The position numbers were made by a program, and so were the translations under genes. Positions 34,013-43,018 of a stretch of 64,000 bases of DNA are shown here, piece after piece. The DNA comes from Clostridia bacterium. GTDB lineage: Bacteria; Bacillota; Clostridia; Christensenellales; CAG-917. The DNA is taken from the NCBI GenBank assembly GCA_017618055.1, contig JAFZVB010000010.1:31631-95630 (forward strand), read 5' to 3'. The notes beneath the pieces are model-generated. The model saw nothing but the letters and a program-made list of their open reading frames with translations, made no database searches and was not told where the DNA came from. The first letter of the stretch is position 1; each line of letters opens with the position of its first letter.

Positions 34013-34042
34013 ATTTTATCACAGTAATTATATGCAAGTCAA
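34013..34042 (-). promoter_or_regulatory. putative sigma-A promoter of the giant gene (extended -10)
   Basis: Minus strand reads TTGACT (34042-34037), 18 nt, TGa-TAAAAT (-10 at 34018-34013). This gives a leader of about 50 nt. Confidence 0.5.
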
Positions 34043-34101
34043 TATTTGCGTGTGTGCGCATTTAAGCCATAAAAATTGTCATTTCAATCGGTTAGAATAT
34101 T

Positions 34102-34128
34102 AAAAAACCACCCAAAAATTAAGGTGGC
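34102..34128 (-). terminator. rho-independent terminator after the PIG-L gene
   Basis: Minus strand reads CCACCT-taattttt-GGGTGG followed by TTTTTT. Confidence 0.45.
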
Positions 34129-34154
34129 AAAAAATAATCTTTAAAATTTTTTAG

Positions 34155-34988
34155 TTATTTTTCTATAGTTTTGGAAAACAATTTAACTATTTCGTTGAAT
34201 AGATCTTTTATCTCTTTGTTTGTATTCAAAACGAAATTTGTAAGATCTAAACCATAAGAGAATGACTCATAGACATTTTCATTATGACTCTCATAAAAAG
34301 TTGCATTAGCATATCTTCTTGCCTTGGAGGCGACATCATATTTCTTAACAAAATTTTGAGAGACAAACTGACTCATTAATTTGTCAGCCAATTCTTCAGC
34401 CTTGGATGTGTCTATAATGTATTTGTACCTTCCAGGAATCCAATCTAATCCTCCCCAAACTTCAACAGCAATAATTTGTTTTGGTGGCAAATAATTTACT
34501 CCACCTTCTTGAACAACATTTTTGATATCATATGTCTTCTTCAAATCTCTAAGTGCATTTATAACAATCTGTGAAGCGGCTTTATGAGTTGGGTGATTAT
34601 CGAAAGGATTATGGATATATATTGTGTCTATTCCCGAAAACTGTCTGAGTATATATGTAAGCTCACTTGTTATTGATGAACTCTTTCTTTTGACATCATT
34701 TGATTTATGCTCTAGCAAATATAGCGAATTGTATTTACCAATTTCCGAAGCATTCTTTTGCTCGGTTGTTCTAAGAGCAACCATTTCGTCATAACTCAAT
34801 CCAGCATACTTTCCAGTTTTCGGACATCCTCCACCATCCGTGAGAATTATCATTGTGCAACTTCCATCTGCATCCAAACTGTCGTATATGCCTTTTAATC
34901 CAATCATCTCGCCGTCATCTTTATGCGCAGCAATAATGAGATTTTTTACCTTGCTTTTATTAGCATTTGTAGGAACATATAATTCCAT
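34155..34988 (-). CDS. PIG-L/LmbE family deacetylase
   Basis: AHKDDGE matches the AHPDDE-type motif near the N-terminus. HNPFDNHPTHK matches the HPDH-type motif. Confidence 0.6.
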   Translation of the reverse strand: MELYVPTNANKSKVKNLIIAAHKDDGEMIGLKGIYDSLDADGSCTMIILTDGGGCPKTGKYAGLSYDEMVALRTTEQKNASEIGKYNSLYLLEHKSNDVKRKSSSITSELTYILRQFSGIDTIYIHNPFDNHPTHKAASQIVINALRDLKKTYDIKNVVQEGGVNYLPPKQIIAVEVWGGLDWIPGRYKYIIDTSKAEELADKLMSQFVSQNFVKKYDVASKARRYANATFYESHNENVYESFSYGLDLTNFVLNTNKEIKDLFNEIVKLFSKTIEK

Positions 34989-35034
34989 AATGACCTCTTA
35001 TTTTTATGCATAGAATTAAATAATTATGCAATTT

Positions 35035-36555
35035 TTATTTTCTTATATTTTTATAATTTTTTATTGTTCTACCAAGTTTCTTATCTATCATTCTACCATA
35101 GAAGAATATGCTTTCAAACAAAGATGTTATGCAATCCGGATTTGACTGTCTAATACCTGATCCTTCTATATCATATATGAATAATGCATTCAAAGAATTA
35201 GCTGCTCTATTTCTAAATTCTTTATAATCTATTGTGCTCTTTGACCATGCAACATCTGCAATGGCAAGTGTTCTTGGAAACATCATCTTAAATAGTTTGC
35301 TTTCATCCTTAATCCATTCGGTCCAAAGAGGAGTTTCTATTCCCACGATATCTCCATAATCAGATAAGGATATCATATCATTTTGAGCTTTTATTGTTTT
35401 CTTTAAAGATAACGAAGAATAAGGATGATCTAAATAACAGTATTTATTGTTTGAATAAATTAAAGGATATCCTTCTTCTAATGCATTTTTTATGTTCTTA
35501 CACTTTAAACCATCTGCCCAAAATTGAATATTAGCAACCTTATCTAGTTTGCCATCATGATATGCCTCATTCCACACAATAGGCGCTTTATTTATACTTT
35601 TTAGATAAGTAATTATGCGATTTGTGAAATATGACTGTAAATCCATATATGTCTTTAAACCATTCTTTTTCATAGTTTCTTTACAATCTTCACATTCCAT
35701 CCATTGTGTCTTAGGAGCCTCATCTCCACCTATATGGAAGTATTTACTTGGGAATAAATTGGCCAATTCTCCAATGATGTCTTCGAGCATTTTATACGTA
35801 TTCTCTTTTCCAGCACATACCACATTTTCAACTATACCAAAGTACTCTTCAACCTCTATCTCTTTGCCCTTACAATGCAAGTCTGGATATGATGCAATTA
35901 GTGCAGATGTATGCCCAGGTAGGTCTATCTCGGGTATAATTTCTACAAATCTATCTTTGGCATATTTTACCAAATCTATTATCTCTGCTTGAGTATAAAA
36001 ACCACTAACAGGTATCCCATCTCCTCTTGTTCCATTTCTCTTTGAACCAATATCTGTTAGCAATGGGAATCTATTTAATTGGATTCTAAATCCCTGGTCA
36101 TCACTAAGATGTAAATGAAGCTTATTCATCTTTAATAATGATATGGAATTTATTATTTTCTTGAGAGTAGAAATTGGATAATAATGCCTACAAACATCTA
36201 ACATGAATCCTCTATATTCATATTTATAATTATCTTCAATTATGCAACAAGGAATGTATGAATATTCATTTTTATAATATTCCAAAATGAGCAATTTTAG
36301 TGTCTGAATAGCATGATAAATGCCCTCTCTGTTGTTTGCAATGACATAAATATTCTCACCGATTTCGATTCTGTAATCCTCTTCTATCTTGGATAATGTG
36401 AATACACAACTATTCTTATCTCCATCTTTTAAATCTATAAAGGAATTAATATCATTCATAAGGAAGTCATCCAACCCAACTATTTGAGTTGAACCTGAAA
36501 AAACGAAGTCTCCTTCTAACATAGTAATGCTCTCTGGTTTTGGAATAATCTTCAT
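35035..36555 (-). CDS. beta-N-acetylhexosaminidase, glycoside hydrolase family 20
   Basis: Motifs present are YRGFMLDVCRHY, KMNKLHLHLSDDQGFR, PEIDLPGHTSA and HIGGDEA. The start is chosen at MKIIPKP because of GGAGG-ttaaa-ATG. Confidence 0.85.
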   Translation of the reverse strand: MKIIPKPESITMLEGDFVFSGSTQIVGLDDFLMNDINSFIDLKDGDKNSCVFTLSKIEEDYRIEIGENIYVIANNREGIYHAIQTLKLLILEYYKNEYSYIPCCIIEDNYKYEYRGFMLDVCRHYYPISTLKKIINSISLLKMNKLHLHLSDDQGFRIQLNRFPLLTDIGSKRNGTRGDGIPVSGFYTQAEIIDLVKYAKDRFVEIIPEIDLPGHTSALIASYPDLHCKGKEIEVEEYFGIVENVVCAGKENTYKMLEDIIGELANLFPSKYFHIGGDEAPKTQWMECEDCKETMKKNGLKTYMDLQSYFTNRIITYLKSINKAPIVWNEAYHDGKLDKVANIQFWADGLKCKNIKNALEEGYPLIYSNNKYCYLDHPYSSLSLKKTIKAQNDMISLSDYGDIVGIETPLWTEWIKDESKLFKMMFPRTLAIADVAWSKSTIDYKEFRNRAANSLNALFIYDIEGSGIRQSNPDCITSLFESIFFYGRMIDKKLGRTIKNYKNIRK

Positions 36556-36573
36556 TTTAACCTCCATTAAAAT

Positions 36574-36601
36574 ATTATATCATATCAATTATTGCAGTCA
36601 A
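36574..36601 (-). promoter_or_regulatory. putative promoter of the GH20 gene
   Basis: Minus strand reads TTGACT-16 nt-(TGa)TATAAT. Confidence 0.45.
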
Positions 36602-36616
36602 TACAACTTAATTAAA

Positions 36617-36636
36617 CACGGAAGTATACTTCCGTG
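36617..36636. promoter_or_regulatory. perfect 20-bp palindrome in a divergent promoter region (candidate operator)
   Basis: CACGGAAGTA|TACTTCCGTG is its own reverse complement. It lies 1 bp upstream of the TTGACA of the plus-strand promoter and 15 bp upstream of the GH20 -35. Confidence 0.5.
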
Positions 36637-36637
36637 A

Positions 36638-36666
36638 TTGACACACCCATTACTCTATGTTAACAT
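36638..36666 (+). promoter_or_regulatory. putative promoter giving a leaderless or near-leaderless mRNA for the 36673 gene
   Basis: TTGACA (36638-36643), 17 nt, TAACAT (36661-36666), then only 6 nt before the ATG at 36673. No SD-like sequence is present. Confidence 0.4.
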
Positions 36667-36672
36667 TTTTAT

Positions 36673-37167
36673 ATGATTAAAGGCGCAGGAATCGGGGCAG
36701 GTATTGTCGCAGTACTCACAATACTATGGAAAATCATTAAAGTCATTGCTGAAGTTGTGGCTAAAGTATTGTATTATCTCGGTCTCTGGGTTCCTCTTCT
36801 CTATCTTGCTTATGGTGGAATATTAAAACTTATCTTTAAAGAGTTCTACCTTTTCTCTGCAGACACAAACTCAATTATATATTTGCTAGGATTTATTCTT
36901 ACAATATTTATCTCAATTATCATCACTGTAAAAAATCTTATCTATAAACCATTCAAGAAGTTGTTTGGAAGAAAAAAGGATGTTGTTGAATATAAAGGAG
37001 ATAAATTAAAGAATGACACTCCTGAAGCACCTAAGATTTATAAAAGCAGAGTTAATGAAGGTGTTATCGTTTATGAATACAAAAATAGGTACGATCTTTA
37101 TGAAGAACGAGAAGACAAATTAGTATTAGTTGCTACTGAGTTTAAAGATAAAAAAATAAGAGATTAG
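36673..37167 (+). CDS. hypothetical small membrane protein (about 3 TM segments plus a charged C-terminal tail)
   Basis: ORF with hydrophobic N-terminal two-thirds. No recognisable family. Its stop overlaps the stop of the convergent gene. Confidence 0.45.
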   Translation: MIKGAGIGAGIVAVLTILWKIIKVIAEVVAKVLYYLGLWVPLLYLAYGGILKLIFKEFYLFSADTNSIIYLLGFILTIFISIIITVKNLIYKPFKKLFGRKKDVVEYKGDKLKNDTPEAPKIYKSRVNEGVIVYEYKNRYDLYEEREDKLVLVATEFKDKKIRD

Positions 37168-37697
37168 AAATATCTCTTTTTCATTGCTGTCGCCTGAGCC
37201 ATAATACGTCTTGCAAATTTATCTGGCCCAACAATATTTTTAATTGTATATGAGTCAAATCCGGATCCTATAATTTCTACAGAACCAATTCCGAGTAATC
37301 TTTGGAAGGCACCTTGTGTTACGCGTGTGTTAACAATTTCGTATACTTGTAATGTTATAACCTCGGAACCTAACATCCCAGCACGATACACGAGTTTATC
37401 TTCTGTTAAAATAACTTCTTTTGAATAAATCGCAAGGATATGTAAGAAGGTTACTAATAACATAAAACCACCTGCGCCCAATATAGCCCATTTTAAGTTT
37501 GTTTCGGTTAAATATCTTACCTCTGTAATTGAGCCATCTACAAGTTGTTCTATCTTTAAATTAAATATCCAAAGACAAGCAATTATTCCACCTAAAATGA
37601 GAGTTGTTATAACCTCACCAGCAAATACCCAATATGTGAATTTTGCCTTGGCTACAATTCTGTCAGACTTAGAATATATCCTTTCTAATTTTCTCAT
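37164..37697 (-). CDS. membrane protein with bacterial PH domain (bPH_2 / YdbT-like)
   Basis: Two TM helices are followed by ..VTQGAFQRLLGIGSVEIIGSG.., typical of PF03703. ATGA start/stop overlap with the upstream gene. Confidence 0.55.
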   Translation of the reverse strand: MRKLERIYSKSDRIVAKAKFTYWVFAGEVITTLILGGIIACLWIFNLKIEQLVDGSITEVRYLTETNLKWAILGAGGFMLLVTFLHILAIYSKEVILTEDKLVYRAGMLGSEVITLQVYEIVNTRVTQGAFQRLLGIGSVEIIGSGFDSYTIKNIVGPDKFARRIMAQATAMKKRYF

Positions 37698-39664
37698 ACG
37701 TCAGACCTCAAGCATGGTGGAAATTGTGAAATATGAAGGGCTGTACATCCATACGGAACGAATACTCTTTCTATGCTTTCTTCGGAGAAGTTTGGCTTCT
37801 TTGGAATCTGTGTAAAACCATTTGCATCGTAATCCCAATTTTCAACGTTTTTCGCCAAAACATGTAGTTCAAATGGTGGTTTTTCATGGTTAAAAGGTAT
37901 GTTTGTGATATCAGACACAAAAGTCTTCTCGGTTGTATATAGATGTCTAATACCATTATTTGCCTTCTTTGCAAGCACTGGAGAAACGTTCCATTTCTTG
38001 TTAAATGTCATAGATAAAACGGATGCATCATCCTTAGAAACAGAGATAGATGGGACTATTCTTTCTGCCATCAAAATGCTGCCCTTAAATAAGCTTACAG
38101 AACTATCTGGATTAGATAATGCAACTAGCGGAATATCTAATTTTATAGTGAATGTACTACCTGTTTTTAGTACACAACGAACTGATATATTTCTTGATCC
38201 ACTAGCAACGACTTCACCACCAGAAATGATTTGCATTGTTGTATTTTTTGGCACTCTGAAATTAAGTTTAACTTCTGGTTCTCCATCTACACTTTCAACC
38301 CTGAATATGACCTTATTTCTGAATGGATAATTGGTCTCTTCTTTTAGTACAAGCGTAACACCATCTATAACTGTCTTAATTGTGCATGGAGCATATGAGA
38401 AGAATGTCAACTCTCTATCTCCTTGCATACACAAAGATTGCATATATAAAGGATAGGAAGACAATAATGCTATTGCAGCCCTAGATAGCTTATTGATTGT
38501 ATAAGCATTACCAAACTCTGTTTCTTTAAAGAAAACACTTGTATCTGAGTTGGTTTCTACTTGGTTTGCAAGACCGATTTCTTGTACAGCACAAGTGTTA
38601 GAAAGCATCGAAGATGCTATGGCATTATACAATACCTTTTCCATTGCATCTGCAGCATTATAATCGCCAGCATATTGCAACATATATAGCAAGCTTTCTA
38701 CGAATTCAACACCTGCAACGACATCCATTCCTCTTGTTGGAGACTTTCCACCGGTTCTATAGTCGCATGTGAACATTCCAGTTGCTGTTCCATGATACTT
38801 ATTCATGCTATTTAAGAACTTTGCAGATAATCTATTAAGGTCTGGATCTCCAACAAATGAACCGTATGTGGTTGGATATTTTATTGCTTTAGCAATATTC
38901 ACACCATTTGTCTCAACCATTACCTTATGAGAGAATTTCCTCCAGTTTGCATCTGCAACATCTTTTGTTAAAGGATGAATTAGTACGTCTTCGCCTGTAG
39001 ATTGTTCATATGTTTCAACAAATTTCTTTAATTTGAAAGCACCTTTATAAGACAAATACTTGTTGGACTTGTTTTTATATCTATAGTTATTTGCTAAAGC
39101 AAACCAGTCAGTAGATGTTTCTCTAAGTTGTTCTGCCAAATCCTTTAACCATTCTTGGTCTGTTTGTTTATATACTAATTCCATTGCTGGTATTTCTTCT
39201 AATAAACGGGATCTAGAATGGAACCAACATGGTGTTAACATAAATGTATTAAACTGGTTTTTAAAGAATTTCTTTAAGAACGCTATAATTTGAGGGTCTC
39301 CTGTGAGTTCATAATAGCTCATAATAGCTTTAATTCCTTCAATCTTTGGAGAAATAAATTTGCCACCTCTTGGTCCGAAGTCTCCACCTTCATTTGCACT
39401 TGCAAAAATAGGTTGCATAAATGCATCTGCCTTTTCTCTTAATTGTTTATCTTTTTCTAGTGTTCCAGAAAGCAATACTAAACCACGAGCATATCTAGGA
39501 AGTGCTTCATCTCCAGTCCATCTGCCGTTCTTAATTAAGCCTTGCAAATTCCCTAGTTTCTTTTGGAGATCATTTAAAAGAATTAGTTGATTTAACAACC
39601 AACCTTCCGGTTTTATTGCTCCAATTGGTAATCTTTTTAAAGGTTGAAATACTTTCTTTGCCAT
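37694..39664 (-). CDS. DUF1680 / GH127-GH146-like six-hairpin glycosidase family protein
   Basis: 656 aa. The segment VEFVESLLYMLQYAGDYNAADAMEKVLYNAIASSM parallels the GH127 block E-T-C-x..YADVMERALYN. The ETC cysteine position is not obviously conserved. Confidence 0.45.
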   Translation of the reverse strand: MAKKVFQPLKRLPIGAIKPEGWLLNQLILLNDLQKKLGNLQGLIKNGRWTGDEALPRYARGLVLLSGTLEKDKQLREKADAFMQPIFASANEGGDFGPRGGKFISPKIEGIKAIMSYYELTGDPQIIAFLKKFFKNQFNTFMLTPCWFHSRSRLLEEIPAMELVYKQTDQEWLKDLAEQLRETSTDWFALANNYRYKNKSNKYLSYKGAFKLKKFVETYEQSTGEDVLIHPLTKDVADANWRKFSHKVMVETNGVNIAKAIKYPTTYGSFVGDPDLNRLSAKFLNSMNKYHGTATGMFTCDYRTGGKSPTRGMDVVAGVEFVESLLYMLQYAGDYNAADAMEKVLYNAIASSMLSNTCAVQEIGLANQVETNSDTSVFFKETEFGNAYTINKLSRAAIALLSSYPLYMQSLCMQGDRELTFFSYAPCTIKTVIDGVTLVLKEETNYPFRNKVIFRVESVDGEPEVKLNFRVPKNTTMQIISGGEVVASGSRNISVRCVLKTGSTFTIKLDIPLVALSNPDSSVSLFKGSILMAERIVPSISVSKDDASVLSMTFNKKWNVSPVLAKKANNGIRHLYTTEKTFVSDITNIPFNHEKPPFELHVLAKNVENWDYDANGFTQIPKKPNFSEESIERVFVPYGCTALHISQFPPCLRSDV

Positions 39665-39714
39665 TTTAACTCACTAATCTATTTATAGATTATTTAATAA
39701 TTTATCATACTAGT

Positions 39715-39742
39715 TTGACAAATGCAACCTTCAAACTATAAA
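39715..39742 (+). promoter_or_regulatory. putative promoter of apgM
   Basis: TTGACA-16 nt-TATAAA, about 25 nt upstream of AAGGAG-N8-ATG. Confidence 0.45.
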
Positions 39743-39766
39743 CTTACAAGCAAAGGAGTAATAAAA

Positions 39767-40978
39767 ATGAAATATTTATTAGTTTTAGGAGATGGAATGG
39801 CAGATTATCCAATAGAATCTATTGGAAATAAAACCCCACTTGAGGTTGCAAAGAAACCTTATATGGATTATCTAGCCCAAAATGGAAAGATTGGAATGGT
39901 TAAAACTGTTCCGGATGGATACAAACCTGGCAGTGATGTAGCAAACCTTGGCGCTCTTGGTTATGACGCAACAAAATGCTATACAGGAAGAAGTCCACTT
40001 GAAGCATTATCTATTGGAATAAAAATGGAAGATGACGACATCGCTCTTAGAACCAACCTTGTTACTCTTTCTGATGACAAAAACTATGCCGACAAGACAA
40101 TGATAGACTATAGCTCTGGAGAAATCACAACAGCTGAATCTCGTGAGTTAATGAAGTATATCAATGAGAAATTAGGCAATGAGAAATTTGTATTCTATGG
40201 TGGTGTTAGCTATAGGCATTGTTTAATAATTAAGCATGATGAGCCAAATGATATGACCTTAATGCCTCCACATGATATTACAGGCAAAAAAATAACAACA
40301 TATCTTCCAAAAGGACAACTCCATGAAGAACTTTTAGACTTAATGTCTAAATCTTATGATTTATTAATGGAACATCCTATAAACAAAACAAGAATTGCAA
40401 ATGGATTAAACCCAGCAAGTTCTATTTGGTTCTGGGGACAAGGCACAAAGCCTGCAATTGAGAACTTCTACGAAAGATATGGCAAAACAGGTTCAATGGT
40501 TTCTGCAGTAGACCTTCTAAAAGGTATTGCAATTGGTGCCGGAATGAAATCTGTTGATGTGGAAGGTGCTACAGGAAACCTAGATACAAACTTTGATGGC
40601 AAAGCTCAAGCAGTTATTAACCTCTTTAAAGAAGGAAGGGACTTTGTATTTGTTCATTTGGAAGCACCAGATGAATGTGGACACCATGGAGACCTTCCTG
40701 GAAAGATCAAATCCATCGAATTAATAGATGAAAAGATTCTTGGACCAGTATTTGAATACTTAAGGAGCACAAAAGAAGATTTTGCTGTTCTCGTAATGCC
40801 AGATCATAGAACTCCTATTGTTTTACTTACACACTCAAGCGAACCTGTACCATTTGTAATGTATTCAACAAAGACAAAACTCGGAGAAAATAATAAGTAC
40901 AACGAAAAGGCTGCAGAAGAGTCTGGTGTTTACTATAAATATTGCTGGGATCTTACAAAAGAATTCTTTGCTTTATAA
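39767..40978 (+). CDS. apgM: cofactor-independent phosphoglycerate mutase, archaeal/ApgM type
   Basis: MKYLLVLGDGMADYP..KTPLEVAKKPYMDYLA..GSDVANL..LEAPDECGHHGD. The start is chosen at 39767 because of the AAGGAG. Confidence 0.85.
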   Translation: MKYLLVLGDGMADYPIESIGNKTPLEVAKKPYMDYLAQNGKIGMVKTVPDGYKPGSDVANLGALGYDATKCYTGRSPLEALSIGIKMEDDDIALRTNLVTLSDDKNYADKTMIDYSSGEITTAESRELMKYINEKLGNEKFVFYGGVSYRHCLIIKHDEPNDMTLMPPHDITGKKITTYLPKGQLHEELLDLMSKSYDLLMEHPINKTRIANGLNPASSIWFWGQGTKPAIENFYERYGKTGSMVSAVDLLKGIAIGAGMKSVDVEGATGNLDTNFDGKAQAVINLFKEGRDFVFVHLEAPDECGHHGDLPGKIKSIELIDEKILGPVFEYLRSTKEDFAVLVMPDHRTPIVLLTHSSEPVPFVMYSTKTKLGENNKYNEKAAEESGVYYKYCWDLTKEFFAL

Positions 40979-40996
40979 TATGATTATAAAAGATAT

Positions 40997-41026
40997 AAAA
41001 AAATCTGGCTTTTGCCAGGTTTTTTA
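40997..41026. terminator. bidirectional hairpin terminator between convergent genes
   Basis: aaaaaa-tCTGGC-tttt-GCCAGg-tttttt. An A-tract and a T-tract flank the stem. Confidence 0.5.
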
Positions 41027-41665
41027 TTTTGCACTCCATTCACTAAGTTTCTGAAGTAGTTTGTTGGTTTTCTTATGTTTCTTTTCGTTCTTCTTTCCAT
41101 TAACAAATGTTGTCTTGCTATATGTTCCTTTTGAGAACTTCCTCTTCATAATCTTTGGCCCGAAGAATGTTACAAATACTAATACTAATTTAATAACTGC
41201 AACTAATAATGTTGCAAGAAGAACTGCCCATTGCTTAATTGTAGACATGCCATTATAAGCCATACCAGCAATAGCAATAATAGTTAAAGCAATGTATGTG
41301 ATATTAAGACCTGCCTTAAAGAGTTTTATTAAGAAACCAATTATTTTTAATCCTTTGCCATTGTCCTTAAACTTGTTCATGTCTGTAAAGAACAAACCAG
41401 TTAATACAAGAACAATGATAATAAACATAGCAAGCAATGCAGAAAGAACTATGGTAAATGTAGTAGATACCCAGTTCTGGCTCATCAAATAAGCCGTCAT
41501 TGTAATGGAATAAATAATGGAAATAATTGTCCAAATAAATGAAAATACAAGACCAACCTTTTTTCTCTTTTCAGTTGTGTCTACAGAAACAGACAACACC
41601 TCCAAAGGTTTACCTTCAGAAGATGTTTCCGTTGTTTCAATTGCTTGTGTATTTTCTTCACTCAT
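41024..41665 (-). CDS. hypothetical 4-TM membrane protein with a Lys-rich C-terminus
   Basis: ORF with four hydrophobic segments and no recognisable family. It is the last gene of the PadR-led gene string. Confidence 0.45.
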   Translation of the reverse strand: MSEENTQAIETTETSSEGKPLEVLSVSVDTTEKRKKVGLVFSFIWTIISIIYSITMTAYLMSQNWVSTTFTIVLSALLAMFIIIVLVLTGLFFTDMNKFKDNGKGLKIIGFLIKLFKAGLNITYIALTIIAIAGMAYNGMSTIKQWAVLLATLLVAVIKLVLVFVTFFGPKIMKRKFSKGTYSKTTFVNGKKNEKKHKKTNKLLQKLSEWSAK

Positions 41666-41721
41666 TTTGCAATACCAATACTTTATTTGCTTATTTTATA
41701 TATTTTAAACTATGCTTTCTG

Positions 41722-43017
41722 TTATAATCTACTTTTATTCAATTCAATAAACTCTGCCATATTTTGCTCTATTAAATCAAAGAATTTGCCAACTATTTTT
41801 TCGTCTTCTTCGTTACCACGGATAGCTATTGTCATGGTAATTCTGTTGTTGAAAGTAGTCAAAGCAAGTTGCATATACGGCTTATATTTTATAGCACCAG
41901 TCATAAATGCGTCAATAGGCTTGGCCTCTCCAAACATTAACTCTTGCTCTTTTAATAAGCCTATATTACTCATACCAATTAATGGATTTGAGTAACCTAA
42001 TTTAATAGCAAATTCACTTACAGTAAATGGCAAGATAGTATATGCAAGCTTTAATAAAGGCAATGAATACAAGCCCATGAATCTATCTTTCTTATTCTTA
42101 CGGATAGAATGTAAGACATTGATAAGAGTATCATTTATAGTCTCACCTTTCTCTTTAGTTGTACATTGCATAAATCCTGTGTGGTTTGTAAGTCCACCTT
42201 TCTCGCCACCGCCTTCAATATATCTTCTAAGATCCACCATACATGGAACAGAGATGGTTTCATTAGGATTCTTTTCTGAGATGTCATATAAAGCTCTCAT
42301 GTAAAAAGCCAACATCATATCATTAACAGTTACTCCCATACTCTTTCCAATCTTATAAATGCTCTTAAAAGATTCTTCAGTAGTTTTTCTTCTGCAAATC
42401 ATGCATTTATCTTCTTTAGTATCTGGTGTTAGTGGGAATTTATTCTTATCCTCAACTGTACTGATATTCTTATATAATCCCTTGGCATATTTCTCATCCT
42501 TTTCATTCATCTTGGAATATACTGCATTATAACTTCTGTTGCCACCTTTAAAATTAAGGTCTTTTTGGCCGTTTAAAAGCTTTGTGTAGCATTCTGCAAG
42601 ATGCCTAATGAAATACTTGAGATCCCCTCCATCACAGCACATATGGTTAATTATCATTGCAAAAGTGGTTTTTCCATCTTTGTTATATAATCCGATGCGA
42701 TATTGTGCATTATTGTCTACTGGGATACTTTGTGTAATATGCTCATTTACATCTGCTTCTACATCTTCAGAGTCTTTTACTACTAAGAAGTCATCTATTA
42801 CATAGTTCTCTACTTCCCAATATGGATCTACAACATCATAATGGAATGAAGAATGTAAAACTGGGTTCTTTTCGTTAATGAATATTAAGCATTGTTTTAA
42901 AATGTCTACATTAATTAAAGAATCAAAATAAATTACGCAATGGACCATCCTGTCATAGTAATTCCTAAACAGGTATTGCATTTTATCCCACATTTCAGCT
43001 TTAAGTCTTTGTTTCAT
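41722..43017 (-). CDS. condensation-domain-like HxxxD acyltransferase (CAT/NRPS-C superfamily, COG4908-like)
   Basis: 431 aa. INHMCCDGGD matches the HHxxxDG catalytic motif at the expected position (about residue 125). Confidence 0.55.
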   Translation of the reverse strand: MKQRLKAEMWDKMQYLFRNYYDRMVHCVIYFDSLINVDILKQCLIFINEKNPVLHSSFHYDVVDPYWEVENYVIDDFLVVKDSEDVEADVNEHITQSIPVDNNAQYRIGLYNKDGKTTFAMIINHMCCDGGDLKYFIRHLAECYTKLLNGQKDLNFKGGNRSYNAVYSKMNEKDEKYAKGLYKNISTVEDKNKFPLTPDTKEDKCMICRRKTTEESFKSIYKIGKSMGVTVNDMMLAFYMRALYDISEKNPNETISVPCMVDLRRYIEGGGEKGGLTNHTGFMQCTTKEKGETINDTLINVLHSIRKNKKDRFMGLYSLPLLKLAYTILPFTVSEFAIKLGYSNPLIGMSNIGLLKEQELMFGEAKPIDAFMTGAIKYKPYMQLALTTFNNRITMTIAIRGNEEDEKIVGKFFDLIEQNMAEFIELNKSRL

Positions 43018-43018
43018 C

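Noticed and set aside
39675-39692. The palindrome TAATCTAT-tt-ATAGATTA near the start of the GH127-like gene.
   Set aside because: It is made entirely of A/T-rich sequence in an AT-rich intergenic region, so chance occurrence is plausible. It has no second copy in the window.
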